In this document: one piece after another, positions 56,411 to 64,000 of the stretch
Position numbering within the stretch: position 1 is the first letter of the stretch
Layout of the letters: every line of letters starts with the position of its first letter
Notes under the pieces: model-generated
Databases searched by the model: none
Told to the model about the DNA's origin: nothing
What the model saw: the letters and a program-made list of their open reading frames with translations, nothing else
Assembly (NCBI GenBank): GCA_965228735.1
Contig: OZ245838.1
Location: forward strand, 4,096,001-4,160,000
Length of the DNA: 64,000 nucleotides
Reading direction: 5' to 3'
Origin: Planctomycetota bacterium
GTDB lineage: Bacteria; Planctomycetota; UBA1135; UBA2386
Program-made: the position numbers and the translations under genes

Positions 56411-58420
56411 TCACTCGCTCACGCGGGCTCCGAGCACTGCGAAGATCGGCAGGGTGTAGATGTTGGTCGCGATGCCCGGTTCCTCGGTCGCGAGCATCAC
56501 GTCGAGCGCGTCGAAGTTCGCTGCGGCCTCGGGGACGTCGAAGCCGACCCAGCGGCTGCCGCCCTGGAACGGGTTTTGGAACGCGAAGGGGACGGTGCCG
56601 ACGACTTCGTCGCGCAGACGGAAGCGCAGTTCGCCGTGGCCGATGCCGTCGAGCAGCAGCAGGACGCGCCGCGCTGGCGGTGAGGCGGAGCCCATGTCAC
56701 GACGGAGGCGCAGGCCGCCTTCGCGCACGACGACGCAGTTGGCATCGAACCATGGCGTGCCGGGAGTCGTGTCGCGCGGGAACGCGGCCATCGGTTGCTG
56801 CACGAGCGGTGCCGGCAGATAGTCGTTGGCGACGTAGTCGGCGAGCAGGGCATCGAACTCGCCGGTCCACAGCCCAAAGATCGAGCGCCAGCGTTCCGCG
56901 GCGAACAGCGGGTCGCGCAGCGCGCGTTCGAGGTGACTCCAGTACTCCGCGAGTCCGGGGTCGACGATGCGATTCTCGCCGCTCGCGAGCGTCTCGAAGT
57001 AGCCCTCGGGGATCCGGCGTTTGAAGTGACCGATGCGCCAGTCCGTCGGGTCCTCGAGCGGCAGCCGCATGAGCAGCGGGTCGCAGAGGAACGGCTCGAC
57101 GACGTGCACGTTCGGCCCGCCGAGGAACCCGGCGACCCCGGCCGTCGGAAAGAACGCGACTGCGGGCCGGCGCCGATCGGCGAACGTGATGCCGAACGCG
57201 CCGTGGACCGGAACGTCACGCGCCGGGCTCCACCAGGCCCACTTCGCGGCGTAGTAGTCGCGTTCGCGACCGATGCCGTGCGCGATCGCGGCGTTGCCGT
57301 CGAGCGGCACCGGGCGCGCCCACGGCGGCAGGCCGTCTACGAAGCTCGCGCCGATCAACACCGCGCCCGCGACCCACGCGGCGAGACCACGGAACGACCG
57401 CGCACTCGCGAGCAGCGCCACGACGAACGCCGCCGTGAAGAAGCGACCCGACATGAAGTCGCCGCCGACGTTCACGACGTAGGCCACCTGCAGCAGCACC
57501 CCGAGCGCGAGCGGCGTGCGGGTCCGCGACGGCCGCACGATTCCGACGACGACCGCGGTCGCGAGCACGAGCGCGGTCACGGGATCGCGCTCGACGAGAT
57601 CGAGCAGATAGCGCAGTCCCTGCGCGATCAGGTCCGCGCGCGCAACGTCCGCGGCAACGACCTTGCCGAACGCGGGCGTCGGCAGCAGCGTCCCGAAGTA
57701 GACGACGGCGAACGCGCACCACAGCGAGAACACCAGAACGCCGGGCCACACCGCCCGCAGGATCGCGCCCGGCCGCAGACCGAACATCGCGTAGACGACG
57801 CTCGGCAGCAGCAGCAGTCCGACGTCCTGGCGCGCGAGTCCGAGCAGCGCGGCCACGAGCACGAGCCAGCGCAGACGCGAGGCTCCCTCGCGGCAGATCC
57901 ACTCGCGCAGGTACCAGCCGAGCAGCGCGTAGACCAACGGGTTCTCGAGGCCGCCGGTGCCGAACTCGACGAACGCGCGCGACCCGAGCGCCGCGGCAAG
58001 GACGACGCCGAACGCGGCCGCGATGCTCCCCGCGTGCCGCGCGAGAAAATACGTCGCGATCGTCGCGAGCCCGACGCCGACCCCCATCGTCGTGAAGAAC
58101 GGCTCACCGGTGATCAGCCGGACTCCCGTCAGCAGCAGGATCCAGAGCGGATGCGTCGCGGTGAGCGTGCGGTCGAGGACGTTCCAGCGGAAGCCTTCGC
58201 CGGCCGCGAGGTTCTCGACGTTGCGCAACGTGACGAGCGCGTCGTCGCAGATCCATGCCGTGACCAGCACGGCGCCCCCGACGCCGAGCGCGAGCAGCGC
58301 GGCGAGCCACCAGGGCACGGCGACCGCCGGCCGCCGGCTCGCCTGCGCGGCTGCGCTCCCTGCCGCGCGGAAAGCCGCGGTGTGATCCGCGACGGGCGGT
58401 CCGGGTCCCGGCGCGGTCAT
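56411..58420 (-). CDS. GT-C fold membrane glycosyltransferase (AftB-like)
   Basis: WICDDALVTLR.VEN...G..WN...R....THPLW, GLENPL, GGDFMSGRFF, WRIGHF.R; many TM helices. Confidence 0.7.
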   Translation of the reverse strand: MTAPGPGPPVADHTAAFRAAGSAAAQASRRPAVAVPWWLAALLALGVGGAVLVTAWICDDALVTLRNVENLAAGEGFRWNVLDRTLTATHPLWILLLTGVRLITGEPFFTTMGVGVGLATIATYFLARHAGSIAAAFGVVLAAALGSRAFVEFGTGGLENPLVYALLGWYLREWICREGASRLRWLVLVAALLGLARQDVGLLLLPSVVYAMFGLRPGAILRAVWPGVLVFSLWCAFAVVYFGTLLPTPAFGKVVAADVARADLIAQGLRYLLDLVERDPVTALVLATAVVVGIVRPSRTRTPLALGVLLQVAYVVNVGGDFMSGRFFTAAFVVALLASARSFRGLAAWVAGAVLIGASFVDGLPPWARPVPLDGNAAIAHGIGRERDYYAAKWAWWSPARDVPVHGAFGITFADRRRPAVAFFPTAGVAGFLGGPNVHVVEPFLCDPLLMRLPLEDPTDWRIGHFKRRIPEGYFETLASGENRIVDPGLAEYWSHLERALRDPLFAAERWRSIFGLWTGEFDALLADYVANDYLPAPLVQQPMAAFPRDTTPGTPWFDANCVVVREGGLRLRRDMGSASPPARRVLLLLDGIGHGELRFRLRDEVVGTVPFAFQNPFQGGSRWVGFDVPEAAANFDALDVMLATEEPGIATNIYTLPIFAVLGARVSE

Positions 58421-58451
58421 GTTCGGTCCTCGGTGAACGACCCGGCGCGCG

Positions 58452-59159
58452 TCAGTCGCGCGACATCAGCAGGATCAGGATGTGCTTGAACAGCAGCACC
58501 ACGTCCGTGAAGAGCATGATCGCGCCCGACATCGGCATGCTCGTCGGCAGCCGGTGCAGGATCTCGCTCGTGTGGTAGAGGATGTAGCCCGAGTACAGCA
58601 GGACGATCGCACCGGAGATCCAGATGCCGAGCGAGAACCCGAAGATGGCCCCCGCGATGATCGTCCCGAGGATCGTGAGGAAGCCAACGAACAGCAGGCC
58701 GCGGAGCCACTGGAAGTCCTTCCCCGTGATGAACACGAACACGGTGAGGGCGCCGAATACGACGGCCGTCAGGAGGCTCGCGGTGGCCACGGTGCCGGCC
58801 GGGGCCGTGATCGTCAGCGGCGCAACCAGCAGACCCAGCAGGAACGCCCAGCTGGCATACGCAACGACGTTGATCGGCTTCTTCTCGGCGAGCGCCTGGA
58901 CGGCGAACGAGCCACCCAGGAACAGGCCCATGTAGATGGCCCAGCCCACCAACCCGTTGCCTGCGATCAGCTCCCAGAGGCTCACCATCAACCGGGTCAC
59001 CGGCGGCACGTTGCCCGCGGCCCACAAGGTCGCCGCGAACCCGAGGATACCGAGGAACAGGTAGCTGTAGACCCGCTTGAGGAACGTGGCGCGCTCACTG
59101 GCCGCCGCGAAGGCAGCCGGGGTCAACGCGGCGGAGGCGTAGGGATTGTGGTCTTCCAT
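58452..59159 (-). CDS. Bax inhibitor-1/YccA family membrane protein
   Basis: RATFLKRVY, about 7 TM, ILYHT, LFTDV..LF..IL; start ATG 59159. Confidence 0.85.
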   Translation of the reverse strand: MEDHNPYASAALTPAAFAAASERATFLKRVYSYLFLGILGFAATLWAAGNVPPVTRLMVSLWELIAGNGLVGWAIYMGLFLGGSFAVQALAEKKPINVVAYASWAFLLGLLVAPLTITAPAGTVATASLLTAVVFGALTVFVFITGKDFQWLRGLLFVGFLTILGTIIAGAIFGFSLGIWISGAIVLLYSGYILYHTSEILHRLPTSMPMSGAIMLFTDVVLLFKHILILLMSRD

Positions 59160-59329
59160 GGTCGATTTGGTCCGGCGCGAGTTCGGCGCCCGGCGCTGGA
59201 GTGTAGGCCATCGGAGACCGGGCCGCCAACCGCGGAGGCGCCGCCGGAGCCGGATCCCCCTTGAACATCGGCCGTCAGGTCGCAATCCTGTTTGCCCGAA
59301 TTTCGACTGTCACCCACCGACACGCCCAG

Positions 59330-61243
59330 ATGTCCGCAACCTCCGAGAAGCACACGTTCCAGGCCGAGGTCAACGAGGTCCTGTCCCTCGTCGTCAACTC
59401 GCTCTACTCGCACCGCGAGGTCTTCCTCCGCGAACTCATCAGCAACGCCGCCGATGCGATCGACCAGCTGAGCTTCCGCGCCCTGACCGACCACGACCTG
59501 CTCGGGAAGGACGAAGAACTGAAGATCGAGCTGATCCAGGACAAGGACGCCGGCACGCTGACGATCCGCGACAACGGGATCGGCATGAGCCACGACGAGC
59601 TGATCGAGAACCTCGGCACGATCGCGCGCTCCGGCAGCCGCAAGCTCGCCGAGTCGCTGTCCGCGGACCAGAAGAAGGACATCACGCTGATCGGCCAGTT
59701 CGGCGTCGGCTTCTACTCGGCGTTCCTCGTCGCCGACTCCGTGCGCGTGACCTCGCGCAAGGCGGGCAGCGACGAGACCTGGTCCTGGGAGAGCCAGGCG
59801 AAGGGCGACTTCGAGATCCAAAAGAGCGAGCGCGAGTCGCGCGGCACCGAGATCGTGCTGACGCTCAAGGACGACGCCAAGGAATACCTCGAGGAGTGGC
59901 CGGTCCGCGAGACCGTGCGCAAGTACAGCGACTACGTGCGCTGGCCGATCCAGATGGAGATCGAGCGCACCGAGGGCGAGGGCGACGACAAGAAGACGAC
60001 CAAGGAGTGGGTCAAGCTCAACGCCGCGAGCGCCCTGTGGACGCGCAGCAAGAGCGAGATCGAAGACGAGCAATACAACGAGTTCTACAAGTCGCTGTCG
60101 CACGACTGGCAGGCACCGCTCGCGTGGACGCACTTCCGCATCGAGGGCACGCATGAGCTCACGGGCCTGCTGTATCTGCCCGGCAAGGCGCCGTTCGACC
60201 TCGGCGGCGATCGCAAGAAGTCGGGCGTCCGCCTGTTCGTCAAGCGCGTCTTCATCATGGACGACGCGCAGGAGATCGTGCCGGAGTGGCTGCGCTTCGT
60301 GAAGGGCGTCGTCGACAGCGAGGACCTGCCGCTGAACGTCTCGCGCGAGATCCTGCAGAAGGACGCGACGACGCGGTTCATCAGGAAGCAGGTGATCGGC
60401 AAGACGCTGACACTGCTCGAGGAGCTCGCGGGCGAAGGCGAGATCGAACGCGAGGTCGACGGCGAGACACAGAAGACCGACCGTTACCTGCAGTTCTGGA
60501 ACGAGTTCGGCCGCTCGATCAAGGAGGGCGTCTACCACGAGTTCGACGCGCGGGAGCGACTCGCCGCGCTGCTGCGCTACCGCAACACGAACGGTGACGA
60601 CCTCACGAGTCTGGCGGCCTACGTCGAGCGCATGGACGACGAGCAGAAGTCGATCTACTTCGTCGCCGGCGACTCGCTCGCCGCGGTCAAGTCGAGCCCG
60701 CACATCGAGGCGCTGCAGAAGCGCGGCTACGAGGTGCTGTTCATGACCGACCCGATCGACGAGTGGGTCGTGGACGCGCTGCGCGAGTTCGACGGCAAGC
60801 CGTTCGTGTCCGCGGCCAAGGGCGCGCTCGACCTCCCCGAGACCGAGGAGGAGAAGAAGCAGAAGGAAGAGAAGGAGAAGGCGCTCGCGCCGGTCATCGA
60901 GCGCCTCGGCAAGTCGCTCGAGGAGAACGTCAAGACCGTGCGCGTCACCGACCGCCTGACCGACTCGCCCGCCTGCCTCGTCGCCGACCAGATGGGCATG
61001 AGCGCCAACCAGGAGCGCATGCTGCGCGAGGCGGGCCACGAGGTGCCCAAGCAGCAGCGCATCCTCGAGATCAACCCGGATCACCCGGTGATCCAGAAGC
61101 TCGAGTCGATGGGCGACGACGCGCAGTTCGGCGAGTGGTCGGCGCTGCTCTACGACCAGGCGCTGATCGCCGAGGGCGCGCTGCCCGAGGATCCGGGCGC
61201 ATTCGCGAAGCGCGTCGCGCAGCTGATGACCAGGGTCGACTGA
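59330..61243 (+). CDS. htpG: Chaperone HtpG (Hsp90)
   Basis: FQAEV, YSHREVFLRELISNA, DNGIGM, IGQFGVGFYS, DSEDLPLNVSRE, LEINPDHP; start ATG 59330. Confidence 0.97.
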   Translation: MSATSEKHTFQAEVNEVLSLVVNSLYSHREVFLRELISNAADAIDQLSFRALTDHDLLGKDEELKIELIQDKDAGTLTIRDNGIGMSHDELIENLGTIARSGSRKLAESLSADQKKDITLIGQFGVGFYSAFLVADSVRVTSRKAGSDETWSWESQAKGDFEIQKSERESRGTEIVLTLKDDAKEYLEEWPVRETVRKYSDYVRWPIQMEIERTEGEGDDKKTTKEWVKLNAASALWTRSKSEIEDEQYNEFYKSLSHDWQAPLAWTHFRIEGTHELTGLLYLPGKAPFDLGGDRKKSGVRLFVKRVFIMDDAQEIVPEWLRFVKGVVDSEDLPLNVSREILQKDATTRFIRKQVIGKTLTLLEELAGEGEIEREVDGETQKTDRYLQFWNEFGRSIKEGVYHEFDARERLAALLRYRNTNGDDLTSLAAYVERMDDEQKSIYFVAGDSLAAVKSSPHIEALQKRGYEVLFMTDPIDEWVVDALREFDGKPFVSAAKGALDLPETEEEKKQKEEKEKALAPVIERLGKSLEENVKTVRVTDRLTDSPACLVADQMGMSANQERMLREAGHEVPKQQRILEINPDHPVIQKLESMGDDAQFGEWSALLYDQALIAEGALPEDPGAFAKRVAQLMTRVD

Positions 61244-61385
61244 GGGCAACCCTCGAAGCGCCCGGACCCCCGGGGTCGAATCCCGCGCGTTCGCGGGGCG
61301 ATTCCGGGCCCCGGATCCGCCGATGCCACGGGCCCGTCGACGACCGCACCAGCCCGCCTCCGCCGGTGGTCGATAACCGACGTGC

Positions 61386-63656
61386 TTGCGTATTCGCAGC
61401 CGGATCCTGGCCACCCTCGGTCTCGTCACCGTCGTTCCGATGGCAGCGGTCGTACTCGTCGCGCACGAGCGGGCTACCGATGCAGCCAAGAAGACCGCGG
61501 CTTCGCAGCTGCAGGCGGACGCCGACCGCGCCGCCGTCGGCCTCGCCGCCTACGTCCAGGACCAGCTCGGCCAGCTCGGCACGCTCGCGCGACTCGCGTC
61601 CGTTCGCACGACCGCGACGCAGGGCGACCTCGACAGCAACGCCCAGACCGCCGCCACGGCCGCGCTCACGGCGCTCGCCCAGCGTGACACCGAGGCCACC
61701 GTCGCCTGCGGGATCCTCGACCGCAACGGCCGCTGCGTGCTCGACGGCCTGCGAACCGCGAGCATCGGCCTCGACGAATCCCATCACGACTACGCGCGCA
61801 TCCCGCTGCACGACGGCTCGTCGTGGAGCGGCCACGCCGAGTGGATCGACTCCGCCTGGCCCTCGCTCGTGTTCGCGGTGCCCGTGCGCGGCGACGACGG
61901 CGAAGTGCAAGGCGCCGTCCGTCTCGTTCTCGAGAGCACGCGACTGCACAAACGGCTCACGGCGATCGGTCGCCACGGCGATCGCGCGCTGACGGCCGAC
62001 ACCATCGCGTTGCTCGATGCGCACGGCCAGGTCATCACGGACCTCGGTTCGCCGACCCACGCGTTCGGCATCAAGCGCATCTCCGCCAAGACCCCACCGG
62101 CCGGAGACCTGGCCGAGGTCGACTGGTTCGTCGCCGGCGCCACCCACCCGACGAACGGCTACGCCGCGCTCGCTCGCGTTCCCGGCAGCGCGTGGCGCCT
62201 CATGGCCTGGCAGAGCGCCCGGTCGCACGACGCGCCGTTGGCGGCGCTCGTCGTCGGCACCGCCGTGCAGGGCGGGGTCCTGATCGCGTTGCTTCTGATC
62301 ACCGCGATCCTCGCCTCGCGTCTCGTCGCCGGACCGATCACGCGCCTCGAAGCCGCGGCGCGCCAGATCGCGGACGGCAGCCTCAACATCGTTCTGCCCG
62401 AAGGCCAGGACGAGGTCGGCTCGCTCGGCCGCACGATCCAGCTGATGAAGGACCGGCTGCTCGCCGCGATGCACGAGCTCGAGGACTCGGCCGTGAGCGC
62501 GCGCGCCGCGTCACAGGTCAAGTCGCAGTTCCTCGCCAACATGAGCCATGAGCTGCGCACGCCGCTCACGGCGATCCTCGGCTACGCGGAGGTGGTGCTC
62601 GAGGACGCGGACATGCCGGCGCGCTCGCAGGACACGATCCGCACGATCCTGCGGAACGCGGACCACCTGCTGCAGCTCGTCAACGAGATCCTCGACCTCG
62701 CCAAGGTGGAGTCGGGCACGATGCGCGTCGAGCTGTCCGAGTTCCGCGCCGCCAAGCTCGTCGACGACACGGCCGAACTCCTGCGCATCAAGGCGCGCGA
62801 CAAGGGCATCGCGCTCGTCGTCGATGCTCCGGGCCCCGCTACGGTGATCCGTTCGGACGCGCTGCGCCTGCGTCAGATCCTGCTCAACCTCGCGGGCAAC
62901 GCGATCAAGTTCACCGATACCGGCTCCGTGACGATCCGCGCGTCGGTGTCACACGACCCCGACGAGCTCGTCTGCGAGGTCGCGGACACGGGCGCGGGGA
63001 TTCCCGCTGACCAGATCGAGGCGCTGTTCCGGCCGTTCTCCCAGGTCGACTCGGGGATGTCGCGCAAACACGGCGGCACGGGCCTCGGCCTCTCGATCAG
63101 CCAGCACTTCGCGAAGCTGCTCGGCGGCGAGATCACCTGCACGAGCACCCTCGGCGAAGGCAGCGTGTTTCGGCTGCGGATGCCCGTCGAATGCGTGGAG
63201 CAGAAGGCCAAACCGCGCGCGGCCGCACCCGCATCCGGCACCCCGACCATCGAAGGGCGAATCCTGCTCGTCGAGGACGGGCCCGACAACCAGCGCCTCT
63301 TCAGTCACGTGCTGAAGAAGGCCGGCGCCGAGGTCACGATCACGGACGACGGGTTGGCCGGTGTGAGAGCGCTCTGCGTCGACGGCGACGAGGACGGCGA
63401 GGCCGTCGACCCGTTGCCGTTCGACATGATCCTCATGGACATGCAGATGCCGGTCATGGACGGCTACGAAGCGACCCGCCGGCTGCGCGCGAAAGGCATC
63501 ACGCTGCCGATCGTCGCCCTCACCGCGCACGCCATGGGCGACGCCAAGCAGGAGTGCATCGACGCCGGCTGCGACCACTGCGCGACCAAGCCGATCGGCG
63601 GCCGCGCGCTCGTGCAACTGTGCGCGGACTGGCTCGGCCACCGCGTCAGTCGATGA
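61386..63656 (+). CDS. Hybrid sensor histidine kinase (periplasmic sensor, HAMP, HisKA, HATPase, REC)
   Basis: Two TM, DEVG, FLANMSHELRTPL, NAIKFT, DTGAG, GTGLGL, DMQMPVMDG, KP. Confidence 0.92.
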   Translation: MRIRSRILATLGLVTVVPMAAVVLVAHERATDAAKKTAASQLQADADRAAVGLAAYVQDQLGQLGTLARLASVRTTATQGDLDSNAQTAATAALTALAQRDTEATVACGILDRNGRCVLDGLRTASIGLDESHHDYARIPLHDGSSWSGHAEWIDSAWPSLVFAVPVRGDDGEVQGAVRLVLESTRLHKRLTAIGRHGDRALTADTIALLDAHGQVITDLGSPTHAFGIKRISAKTPPAGDLAEVDWFVAGATHPTNGYAALARVPGSAWRLMAWQSARSHDAPLAALVVGTAVQGGVLIALLLITAILASRLVAGPITRLEAAARQIADGSLNIVLPEGQDEVGSLGRTIQLMKDRLLAAMHELEDSAVSARAASQVKSQFLANMSHELRTPLTAILGYAEVVLEDADMPARSQDTIRTILRNADHLLQLVNEILDLAKVESGTMRVELSEFRAAKLVDDTAELLRIKARDKGIALVVDAPGPATVIRSDALRLRQILLNLAGNAIKFTDTGSVTIRASVSHDPDELVCEVADTGAGIPADQIEALFRPFSQVDSGMSRKHGGTGLGLSISQHFAKLLGGEITCTSTLGEGSVFRLRMPVECVEQKAKPRAAAPASGTPTIEGRILLVEDGPDNQRLFSHVLKKAGAEVTITDDGLAGVRALCVDGDEDGEAVDPLPFDMILMDMQMPVMDGYEATRRLRAKGITLPIVALTAHAMGDAKQECIDAGCDHCATKPIGGRALVQLCADWLGHRVSR

Positions 63657-64000
63657 GCGGCGCGAGCGCCTCCTGCCACAGGCGCAGCCTGGTCGCCCGA
63701 TCGGTGCCCGCGTTCGCCGGGCTCGTCGACGGCAGCCGCACGCTCCGGATCTCGCGCTCGAGCGCCAAGAGCTGCGGCCGGGCGCGCTTCTCGAACCCGT
63801 CGTGCGCAGCCGCGCCGTTGCACAGCACGTCGGCGATCCCGGCGTGATCCGCGAAGAACGTGGCGAAGTCGTTCGCCTCGACAGTGCGCGCGACGATCGC
63901 CGAATCGAGGCTGCCCTCGCGTTCACAGCTCTGCATGACGTCCCACAGCGCGATGCCGGCCCGCTGCAAGGCGCGGGTCCGCGCCGCGTAGTCGAGCGTC
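63646..64000 (-). CDS. DNA-deoxyinosine (hypoxanthine) glycosylase, UDG superfamily (5' end beyond the window)
   Basis: GIALWDV..SC.R.GSLDSAI, NG, LPSTSPAN. Confidence 0.8.
   Translation of the reverse strand, partial: TLDYAARTRALQRAGIALWDVMQSCEREGSLDSAIVARTVEANDFATFFADHAGIADVLCNGAAAHDGFEKRARPQLLALEREIRSVRLPSTSPANAGTDRATRLRLWQEALAPLID

Noticed and set aside
59256..59290. Sigma32-type heat-shock promoter or CIRCE upstream of htpG
   Set aside because: CCCTTGAA matches the -35, but there is no convincing CCCCAT -10 and no CIRCE inverted repeat.

Overview
High-GC bacterial chromosome segment, gene-dense, with no rRNA, tRNA, CRISPR array or transposase that I can detect. The style of the secreted proteins, the sulfatase and the cysNC fusion suggests Planctomycetota, but this is inference only. 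From left to right the window holds: (1) a minus-strand flagellar operon flgB-flgC-fliE-fliF-fliG-fliH-fliI-fliJ-motE/ylxF-like-fliL-fliM (partial); (2) egtD coupled to an EgtB/SenA-family enzyme whose motifs look SenA-like; (3) a GT4 glycosyltransferase, a fucose-isomerase-like gene and a degenerate hybrid kinase; (4) rph (apparent CTG start) and rdgB, split by a secreted-protein gene; (5) a convergent sulfate-activation/glycan-export locus (SLC13-cysQ-wzm facing wzt-cysNC-cysD-cysC) followed by a sulfatase; (6) two tail-to-tail paralogous secreted proteins, several hypotheticals, and glyQ/glyS split by an ABC-2 cassette; (7) mobA-DTW-RNase Z-like-ppgK, SGNH, FGE-domain, GT-C, Bax inhibitor-1, htpG, a hybrid kinase and a UDG-family glycosylase (partial). 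The most novel-looking signals are a shared ~110-aa C-terminal domain on four secreted proteins, Gln at the predicted +1 position of six secreted proteins, the PAPS plus Wzm/Wzt locus, a SenA-like gene without senB/senC, and a two-copy palindromic REP/MITE-like element. All calls come from reading motifs by eye; no searches were run.
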